From: Candidatus Saccharimonadota bacterium
GTDB lineage: Bacteria; Bacteroidota; Bacteroidia; Flavobacteriales; Blattabacteriaceae
Direction: 5' to 3'
NCBI GenBank assembly: GCA_029851245.1
Contig: CP099826.1
Span: forward strand, 136,282 to 151,272
DNA length: 14,991 nt
In this document: piece after piece, positions 1-7,354 of the stretch
How the letters are laid out: each line of letters begins with the position of its first letter
Numbering within the stretch: the first letter of the stretch is position 1
Made by a program: the position numbers and the translations under genes
The notes under the pieces: model-generated
What the model saw: the letters and a program-made list of their open reading frames with translations, nothing else
What the model was told of the DNA's origin: nothing
The model's database searches: none

Positions 1-460
1 CTTTAAATAAAAAACCATTAGTATAAATTTTATGTTTTAAAGGAATTGTAAAAATTTTTAAAGAATCATTTTCATATATTTTATTAAATTTTTTTTTTTT
101 TAAAGTAATATAATTAATTTTATATGTAATTTTAGTTTTTGACCATTTAAAATTTTCATTAATAATATTTTTTAATCCTTTAGGAGAATAAATATTAAGT
201 GGATTTTTTCTACCTAATAATTGATAAGTTGATAAAATTCCCATTATTCCATAATAATGATCACCATGTAAATGAGAAATAAAAATATTATTAATTTTAT
301 TAATTTTAATTTTAGCTCTAATTAATTGTACTTGTGTACCTTCTCCACAATCTATTAAATAATAATTTTCTCTCATATATAAAATTTGTGATGTAGGATG
401 AAATTTTTTTTTAGGTAAAGAAGAATTACAACCTAATATAATAACATAAGATTTAATCAT
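1..460 (-). CDS. rnz: Ribonuclease Z (tRNA 3' endonuclease, metallo-beta-lactamase fold). This is the N-terminal part; the C-terminus lies beyond the window start.
   Basis: Not in the ORF track because it is truncated by the window edge. My manual minus-strand translation from the ATG (plus-strand 'cat', 458-460) is open all the way to base 2. It reads MIKSYVIILGCNSSLPKKKFHPTSQILYMRENYYLIDCGEGTQVQLIRAKIKINKINNIFISHLHGDHYYGIMGILSTYQLLGRKNPLNIYSPKGL... The LGxxSxxP...DCGEGTQ...IFISHLHGDH(Y/F)xG...GR..PLxIYxPxGL pattern is the RNase Z signature, including the HxHxDH zinc motif. Confidence 0.85.
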   Translation of the reverse strand, partial: MIKSYVIILGCNSSLPKKKFHPTSQILYMRENYYLIDCGEGTQVQLIRAKIKINKINNIFISHLHGDHYYGIMGILSTYQLLGRKNPLNIYSPKGLKNIINENFKWSKTKITYKINYITLKKKKFNKIYENDSLKIFTIPLKHKIYTNGFLFK

Positions 461-510
461 ATTATAATTTATTTTAACATATAAATTTAAATATAATAAT
501 AAATAAAATT

Positions 511-3012
511 ATGTATAAAGAAACACCTTTAATTAAACAATATTATAAATTAAAATTAAAATATCCTGATACAATATTATTTTTTCAAGTAGGAGATTTT
601 TATGAAATTTTTGGATATGATGCAATATTATGTTCAAGAATATTAGAAATTACTTTAACTAAAAGAAATAAAAAAAATAATAATAGTATTTATTTAGTAG
701 GTTTTCCTTGTAAAGCATTAAATATTTATTTAAATAAATTAATAAAAAAAAATATTAAAGTAGCAATATGTAATCAAATATTAAATAATAATAATATTGA
801 AAATAATAAATTAATAAAAAGAAAAATTACTAATATAGTAACTCCTGGAATATCAATTTATGAAGATATTACAAAAAAAAAAAATAATAAAAAATATGTA
901 ATTTCAATATTTTTTAATAAAAGAAATATTTTTGGAATATCATTAATAGAATTTTCTACAGGAGATTTATTAATAACTGAAGGGAATTTAAATTATATAA
1001 AACATATTATAAATTGTTTTAATCCAATAGAATATTTTATAAAAAAAAAATTAAAAGAAAAATTTTATAATTATTTTAATATTAAAAATAATATTACATT
1101 ATTAAATAATAAATTATATAATTATAAATTTACATATAAAATATTATTAAAACATTTTAATATTTTATCATTAAATCGTTTTGGTATAGAAAATATGTAT
1201 TATAGTATAATTTCTTTAGGAGTATTAATTTATTATATAAAAAAATATTATAATTTAAATTTAAATCATATAAATAATATTAAAAAAATTGAAAAAGATA
1301 AATATGTATGGATAGATGATAACACAATAAATAATTTAGAAATTATTAAACCATTAAATAAAAAAGGTAAGTCATTATTAAATATATTAGATAATACATA
1401 TACATCTATGGGTTATAGATTATTAATAAATTGGTTATTATTACCTTTAAAGGAAAAAAAAAGTATTTATAGAAGACAAAAAATAATATATTATTTTTTT
1501 AAAATAAATGATAAAATTAAATTAGAATTAATATATAATTTAAAATTAATTTATGATATAGAAAAAATATTATCAAAAATTACTAATAATAATATTAATC
1601 CTAATCAGTTATATAAATTTATATATTCTATAAAAAAAATAAATAATATATTAAAAATAATAAAAATTAAAAATAATTATAAAATTTTTAATATAAATAT
1701 AAAATATATAAATAATATAAATAATATATATAATAAAATTAAAAAAGTTTTAATTAAAGATCCTATAAATAAATTTAATAAAAAGTTTTATATACAAAAA
1801 AATATATCAAAAAAATTAGATATTTATAAAAATAAATTAAAAAAAAATAAGAAATATATATATAATTATTATAATAATATAAAAAAAAATATTAATATAA
1901 ATTATTTATTAATAAAAAATAATGATTTATTAGGATATTTTATAGAAATTAAAAAAAAAGATAATTATAAAATACCTAAAGATTGGATAAAAAAACAAAA
2001 ATTATCAATTTATATTAGATATACTACAAAATTAATTAATAAATATGAATATATAATTTTAAATATTAAAAAAAAAATTTTTATTTATGAAAAATTAATA
2101 TTTAATAATATTATAAATTATTTAAAAAAAAAAATTAAAATTTTTAAAAAAATCTCATATATTATAGCAAAAATTGATGTTTTATTTTCATTATATATTA
2201 CTGCAAAAGAAAATAATTATATTAGACCAAAAATAATAAATAATAAATTAAAAAGTATAAAAATAATAAAAGGTAGACATCCTGTAATAGAAAAAAATAT
2301 TAATAATTATTATATTTCTAATGATATTTATTTAGATAATAAAGATAATCAAATATTAATTATTACTGGACCAAATATGTCAGGAAAATCTGCAATTTTA
2401 AGACAAACAGTATTAATTATTATAATGGCACAAATAGGAAGTTATGTACCTGCTAAAAAAGTATATTTTAATATAGTAAATAAAATATTTAGTAGAATAG
2501 GTGCATCAGATAATATTTCAATAGGAGAATCAACATTTATGATTGAAATGAATGAAACTTCAAATATATTAAATAATATTAATGAAAATAATTTAATAAT
2601 AATGGATGAAATTGGAAGAGGTACTAGTCCAAATGATGGAATTTCATTATCTTATTCTATAATAAAATATTTAATAAATAATAAATATAAACCTAAAGTA
2701 TTATTTGCAACACATTATCATGAATTAAAAGAATTATTATTATTTAATAAAAAAAATATTAAATATTATTATTTATCAATTAAAAAAAAAAAAAAAAAAA
2801 TTATATTTATAAGAAAATTAAAAAAAGGATTAAATAGTAATAGTTATAGTAGTTATATAGCAAAAATAGCAGGTATACCTAAAATAATAATTTATGATAG
2901 TAAAAAAATTAATAATTTATTAAAAAAAAAAAATATTATAAGTTTTTTATTTTATAGAATATTATCATTATTATATATAATAAAAAATTATTTTTTTGCG
3001 AAAGTAGTTTAA
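511..3012 (+). CDS. mutS: DNA mismatch repair protein MutS
   Basis: 833-aa ORF. The N-terminus reads TPLIKQYYKLKLKYPDTILFFQVGDFYEIFGYDA, the domain I mismatch-binding F-x-E motif. Walker A (ITGPNMSGKSAILRQ), Walker B (LIIMDEIGRGTS), ATHYHEL and the C-terminal SYSSYIAKIAGIP (SYGI-VA-LAG-P type) are all present and in frame. The last 15 nt overlap tRNA-Gly. Confidence 0.93.
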   Translation: MYKETPLIKQYYKLKLKYPDTILFFQVGDFYEIFGYDAILCSRILEITLTKRNKKNNNSIYLVGFPCKALNIYLNKLIKKNIKVAICNQILNNNNIENNKLIKRKITNIVTPGISIYEDITKKKNNKKYVISIFFNKRNIFGISLIEFSTGDLLITEGNLNYIKHIINCFNPIEYFIKKKLKEKFYNYFNIKNNITLLNNKLYNYKFTYKILLKHFNILSLNRFGIENMYYSIISLGVLIYYIKKYYNLNLNHINNIKKIEKDKYVWIDDNTINNLEIIKPLNKKGKSLLNILDNTYTSMGYRLLINWLLLPLKEKKSIYRRQKIIYYFFKINDKIKLELIYNLKLIYDIEKILSKITNNNINPNQLYKFIYSIKKINNILKIIKIKNNYKIFNINIKYINNINNIYNKIKKVLIKDPINKFNKKFYIQKNISKKLDIYKNKLKKNKKYIYNYYNNIKKNININYLLIKNNDLLGYFIEIKKKDNYKIPKDWIKKQKLSIYIRYTTKLINKYEYIILNIKKKIFIYEKLIFNNIINYLKKKIKIFKKISYIIAKIDVLFSLYITAKENNYIRPKIINNKLKSIKIIKGRHPVIEKNINNYYISNDIYLDNKDNQILIITGPNMSGKSAILRQTVLIIIMAQIGSYVPAKKVYFNIVNKIFSRIGASDNISIGESTFMIEMNETSNILNNINENNLIIMDEIGRGTSPNDGISLSYSIIKYLINNKYKPKVLFATHYHELKELLLFNKKNIKYYYLSIKKKKKKIIFIRKLKKGLNSNSYSSYIAKIAGIPKIIIYDSKKINNLLKKKNIISFLFYRILSLLYIIKNYFFAKVV
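2782..2800 (+). repeat. A19 homopolymer inside the mutS coding sequence. It encodes K6 and is the longest mononucleotide run I found in the window.
   Basis: Counted directly: 'caat t' is followed by 19 a, then 'ttatattt'. It reads ATT AAA x6 ATT. The conserved downstream MutS motif stays in frame. Confidence 0.97.
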
Positions 3013-3070
3013 TAGGTAGAACATAACCTTGCCAAGGTTAAGGTTACGGGTTCGATTCCCGTCTTTCGCT
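2998..3070 (+). tRNA. tRNA-Gly (anticodon GCC), no encoded CCA
   Basis: Folded by hand. Acceptor GCGAAAG/CTTTCGC, D stem GTTT/GAAC, anticodon stem TAACC/GGTTA with loop TTGCCAA, 5-nt variable loop, T arm ACGGG-TTCGATT-CCCGT, discriminator T. It is a GC-rich island in AT-rich surroundings. Confidence 0.9.
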
Positions 3071-3082
3071 AAAATTTATTAT

Positions 3083-3171
3083 GCCTAGATGGTGAAATAG
3101 GTAAACACGCAGGACTTAAAATCCTGTAATTCAATAAATGAATTTTGCGGGTTCGATTCCCGCTCTAGGCA
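3083..3171 (+). tRNA. tRNA-Leu (anticodon UAA), class II with a long variable arm, no encoded CCA
   Basis: Acceptor GCCTAGA/TCTAGGC, anticodon stem CAGGA/TCCTG with loop CTTAAAA, variable-arm hairpin AATTCA-ATAAA-TGAATT, T arm GCGGG-TTCGATT-CCCGC, discriminator A. Confidence 0.9.
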
Positions 3172-3193
3172 TTTAAAGAATAAATATAAATAA

Positions 3194-6100
3194 TATGTTT
3201 TTTTTTTTGATACTGAAACAAATGGATTACCAAAAAATAATAAATTTTATTTAGAAAATATTTTAGATTGGCCACGTTTAATACAAATATCATGGCAAAT
3301 ATATAATAAGAATGGAAAATTAATTAATTATAATAATTATTATATAAAAAATAAAAATATAAATATTAATAAAAAATCATATTTTATAAATAAAATTAAA
3401 AAAAAAACTTTAAATATATATGGTAAAAATATAAAATATGTATTAAAAAAATTTTATAAATATTTAATTATATCTGATTATATTATAGGTCATAATATTA
3501 ATTTTGATTGTAATATTATAATTAGTGAATTATATAGATTAAAATATTATAAAATTAGAGAAATATTTTTAAAAAAGAAAAAAATAGATACTCAAAATAT
3601 ATTTACAAAAAATAAAAATTATAAATGGATAAGTTTAAAAAAAATATTTAAAATATTATATAAAAATATAAATATAAGTAAAAATAATTTATATCATAAT
3701 TCATTTTTTGATGTTTATATAAATGTATTATGTTTTATAAAAATGATTTATTATAAAAAAATTATTTTTAATTTTAAAATAAATATAAAAAATATATTAA
3801 AAAATATTTTAAAAATTAAAATTTATAATTTTTTATTTAAAAAAAGAATAGATAATATATATAAAAAATATTTTTTTAATATACATAATAAAAGTCATTA
3901 TTCAATATTAGAATCAACAATAAAAATTAATTTACTAATTAAAAAAGCTATTAAATATAAAATGAAAGCTATTGGGATAATAGATAATAATATGATGGGA
4001 ATGTATGAATTTATTAATACTATTAATAATATAAATAATAATCATAAAAAAAATATTATAAAAGCAATAATAGGAATTAAAATATTAATTTTAAATGAGA
4101 ATAATGAATATTTTAATTATTATATAATAGCAAAAAATAAAATAGGATATTATAATTTAATAAAAATTACAAGTTATAGTAATATTAAATATAATAATAA
4201 AAATTATATAAATAAAAAAATAGTTAAAAAATATAGTAAAGGTTTAATATTTTTAATAGGTACTTTAAACACTGAAATATCAAATAATATAATAAATAAT
4301 AAAATAAATAAAGTTAAAAAAATATTATTATATTGGAAAAAAATATTTAATAATGATATTTATATTGAAATTTTTAAAAATGATAATATATATGAAAATA
4401 AAATTAATAAAATATTAATAAAATTATCTAAATATTATAATATTCCTTATATAAATCAATATGAATCTTATTATTTAGAAAAAAAAGATTTTATAATATA
4501 TAAAATATTATATTGTATAAAAAATAAAATTAATATTAATATTTTAAAAAAAGAAAAAAATATATATTATAAAAATAAATATTATTTTAAAAGTTTTAAT
4601 AAAATAAAAAATAAATTTAAAAATTATTATAAAGGTTTTAAAAATTTAAGAAAATTATATAAAAAAATAAAAGTTATTAATATAAATAAAAAATTTTATT
4701 TACCTAATTATAAAATACCTAAAAATTTTTATAATAAAATTAAATATTTATATAATAAAAAAGATATTAATTATATTTATTTAAAATATTTAATTTTTAA
4801 AGGAGCTAAAAAAAAATATAATAAATTAAATAATATAATAATTAAAAGAATAAAACATGAATTAAAAATAATTAAAAAAAAAAAATTTGAAAATTATTTT
4901 TTAATAGTACAAGATATAATAATAACATCAAAAAAATTAAAAATATATGTAGGCCCAGGTAGAGGTTCAGTAGGAGGATCAATAGTAGCATATTGTTTAA
5001 ATATTACTAAAATTAATCCTTTAAAATATAATTTAATATTTGAAAGATTTTTAAATGTTAATAGAGTAAAATTACCAGATATAGATATAGATATAGATGA
5101 TGTAGGTAGAAAAAAAATAATATTATATATATTTAAAAAATATGGATATTATAATGTATCAAATATAATAACATTTAATAAATTTGGATCTAAATTAGTA
5201 ATAAAGGATACTTTTAGAGTATTTAATTTACCATATAAAGAATCAAATTATATATCAAAATTAGTAATAAAAAATTTTACTTTAAAAGAAATTTTATATA
5301 AAAGTTTATTATTTTTTAAAAATAAAATATCAAATGAAAATTTTAAGAAAATATTAAAAATAAAAAATATATATAATAATAAAACTAATATTGTAAGTAA
5401 AGTATTAAAAATAGCTATTAATTTAGAAGGTTTGATAAAAAATACAGGTATACATGCATGTGGAATAATAATATCAAAAGATAAAATTATTAATCATTTA
5501 CCATTAATGTTAAATAATAAAAATAAAAATATATTATTAACACAATATGATACTAATGATATAGAAGAAATAGGATTATTAAAAATAGATTTATTATTAT
5601 TAAAAACATTAAATATAATAAAAAATACTTTAAATAATATTATAAAAAATAAAAAAAAAATAAAATTTTATATTTATAATATTAAAACTTATAAATTATT
5701 TAAAAAAGGTAATATAATAGGTGTATTTCAATATGATTCTATAAAAATGATAAAAGTTTTAAGAGATTTAAATCCTAATAAATTTGAAGATTTAATAGCA
5801 TTAAATTCATTATATAGACCAGGTACAATAAGATATTTATATAATTATATAAATAGAAAAAATGGTAAAGAAAAAATAAACTATGATTTAAAAATAATTA
5901 AAGAATATTTAAAAGAAACATATGGAATAACAATTTATCAAGAACAAGTAATATTAATAGCTAAAAAATTATCTGGTATAAATAATTATAAAGCAGATAT
6001 ATTAAGAGAAGCTATAGCAAAAAAAAAAGTAAAAAAATTATTATTAATAAAAAATAATTTTTTTAAAAAATCATTAAATAATGGATATTCTATTAATATA

Positions 6101-7273
6101 TTAAATAAAATATGGCAAGATTGGAATAATTTTTCTTTATATGCATTTAATAAATCACATGCTACTTGTTATACATATATAACATATCAAACTGCATATT
6201 TAAAAACTAATTATAAATTAGAATATATGTGTAGTTTATTAAGTAATAATTTACAAAATTATAAAAAATTAATAAATTATATTAAAGAATCAAATAAATT
6301 AAAAATTAAAATACTACCTCCTAATATTAATAAAAGTAAAAAAAAATTTAGTATAGTAGATAATAAAAAAAATATTATAATATATGGTATAGAAGGTATA
6401 AAAAGTATTGGACAAAAAATATCAAATGAAATAATAAAAAATAATAAATATTTAAATTTATTAAATTTTTTTAAAAAAATAAATTTAAAAATAATAAATA
6501 AAAAAATTATAAATAATTTAATAATTTCAGGATCATTTGATACTTTTGGGATAAAAAGATATTTATATTTTTTAAAATATAATGATAAATATAATGTTAT
6601 AAATTATATTATAAAAAAAGTAGTAAACTATAAAAAAAATAAAAAAAGTATAAATTTTAATATTAATAAATATTTTAAAAATAAAATTAAAATTACTGAA
6701 AAAATAAAAGTATATTATATATGTAAACAAAAAAAATTATTAGGAGTATACTTAAAAGAGACTCCATTATTATATTATAAATTTGAAAAACTTATTTTAA
6801 ATATTAAAAATACAATAAATAATTATAATATTAATTATTTATTTTATGGAATATTAAATAATATAAATAAAAAAAATAATTATTATGAATTAATATTAGA
6901 AAATGATAAATTAAAAAAAATTAAAATTTATATTAATAATAATATTTATATAAAATATAAAAAAATATTAAAAATATATAATATAATAGTAATTAAATTT
7001 AATAGATATAATATAATATATATAAATACTATATATAATATTTTTAAATGTTATAATATTAATATTAATATATATAATAAAATTTTATTATTTAATAAAA
7101 TATTAAAATTTATAAAAAAAAAAAAACAAAATAATAAATATAAAAAAATAAATATAATATTATATAAAAAGAAAAAAATATTTAAAAAAAAAACATATAA
7201 TATTAAAGTAAATAGAAAATTATTATTACATATTATAAAATTTAATAAACTAATTAAATTTAATTTTTATTAA
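3194..7273 (+). CDS. dnaE: DNA polymerase III alpha subunit (DnaE-type) with an N-terminal DnaQ/epsilon-like DEDDh 3'-5' exonuclease domain in the same frame. The 5' boundary and start codon are unresolved; the ORF track begins it at the internal ATG at 3743.
   Basis: DnaE motifs in the 3743-7273 ORF: GPGRGSVGGSIVAYCLNITKINPL..LIFERFLN, catalytic LPDIDIDIDD, GIHACGIIIS, GVFQYDS, NSLYRPG, YQEQV and FNKSHATCYTYITYQTAYLK. I checked codon by codon that this frame has no stop back to the TAA at 3191-3193. That adds 183 codons, which encode the exonuclease domain. Confidence 0.85.
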   Translation, partial: YVFFFDTETNGLPKNNKFYLENILDWPRLIQISWQIYNKNGKLINYNNYYIKNKNININKKSYFINKIKKKTLNIYGKNIKYVLKKFYKYLIISDYIIGHNINFDCNIIISELYRLKYYKIREIFLKKKKIDTQNIFTKNKNYKWISLKKIFKILYKNINISKNNLYHNSFFDVYINVLCFIKMIYYKKIIFNFKINIKNILKNILKIKIYNFLFKKRIDNIYKKYFFNIHNKSHYSILESTIKINLLIKKAIKYKMKAIGIIDNNMMGMYEFINTINNINNNHKKNIIKAIIGIKILILNENNEYFNYYIIAKNKIGYYNLIKITSYSNIKYNNKNYINKKIVKKYSKGLIFLIGTLNTEISNNIINNKINKVKKILLYWKKIFNNDIYIEIFKNDNIYENKINKILIKLSKYYNIPYINQYESYYLEKKDFIIYKILYCIKNKININILKKEKNIYYKNKYYFKSFNKIKNKFKNYYKGFKNLRKLYKKIKVININKKFYLPNYKIPKNFYNKIKYLYNKKDINYIYLKYLIFKGAKKKYNKLNNIIIKRIKHELKIIKKKKFENYFLIVQDIIITSKKLKIYVGPGRGSVGGSIVAYCLNITKINPLKYNLIFERFLNVNRVKLPDIDIDIDDVGRKKIILYIFKKYGYYNVSNIITFNKFGSKLVIKDTFRVFNLPYKESNYISKLVIKNFTLKEILYKSLLFFKNKISNENFKKILKIKNIYNNKTNIVSKVLKIAINLEGLIKNTGIHACGIIISKDKIINHLPLMLNNKNKNILLTQYDTNDIEEIGLLKIDLLLLKTLNIIKNTLNNIIKNKKKIKFYIYNIKTYKLFKKGNIIGVFQYDSIKMIKVLRDLNPNKFEDLIALNSLYRPGTIRYLYNYINRKNGKEKINYDLKIIKEYLKETYGITIYQEQVILIAKKLSGINNYKADILREAIAKKKVKKLLLIKNNFFKKSLNNGYSINILNKIWQDWNNFSLYAFNKSHATCYTYITYQTAYLKTNYKLEYMCSLLSNNLQNYKKLINYIKESNKLKIKILPPNINKSKKKFSIVDNKKNIIIYGIEGIKSIGQKISNEIIKNNKYLNLLNFFKKINLKIINKKIINNLIISGSFDTFGIKRYLYFLKYNDKYNVINYIIKKVVNYKKNKKSINFNINKYFKNKIKITEKIKVYYICKQKKLLGVYLKETPLLYYKFEKLILNIKNTINNYNINYLFYGILNNINKKNNYYELILENDKLKKIKIYINNNIYIKYKKILKIYNIIVIKFNRYNIIYINTIYNIFKCYNININIYNKILLFNKILKFIKKKKQNNKYKKINIILYKKKKIFKKKTYNIKVNRKLLLHIIKFNKLIKFNFY
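3198..3208 (+). repeat. T11 homopolymer between the only upstream ATG (3195-3197) and the first exonuclease motif codon (GAT at 3209)
   Basis: Counted directly: 'atg', then 11 t, then 'gatactgaaaca'. Eleven T's place the ATG in a different frame from the long ORF. Twelve or nine would place it in frame. Confidence 0.95.
3209..3742 (+). other. DEDDh (DnaQ/RNase T superfamily) exonuclease domain, upstream of and in frame with the dnaE ORF
   Basis: Translation: (FFF)DTETNGLPK...WPRLIQISWQIY...IIGHNINFDCNIIISEL...LYHNSFFDVYINVLCF. Exo I is D-x-E (GAT 3209, GAA 3215). Exo II is H-N-x-x-F-D (3491-3508). Exo III is H-x4-D (CAT 3695, GAT 3710). All four acidic residues and the His are present. Confidence 0.8.
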
Positions 7274-7354
7274 ATTTTATAATTATTAAAATATTAATAT
7301 TTATTAATTTTAAAAAAAATTAAAAATAATATTAATTATATTATTAAAAATAAA

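Noticed and set aside
461-510. Divergent promoter region between rnz and mutS
   Set aside because: Promoters must exist here. I could not identify a convincing -35/-10 motif or a Bacteroidota-type TTG / TAnnTTTG motif in the 50-bp all-A/T spacer, so I make no feature call.
7289-7302. Perfect 14-bp palindrome (aaatattaatattt) in the dnaE / nuclease-ORF spacer, considered as a possible terminator or operator
   Set aside because: It is all A/T, so it would form a very weak hairpin. Palindromes of this size are expected by chance in two-letter-like sequence.
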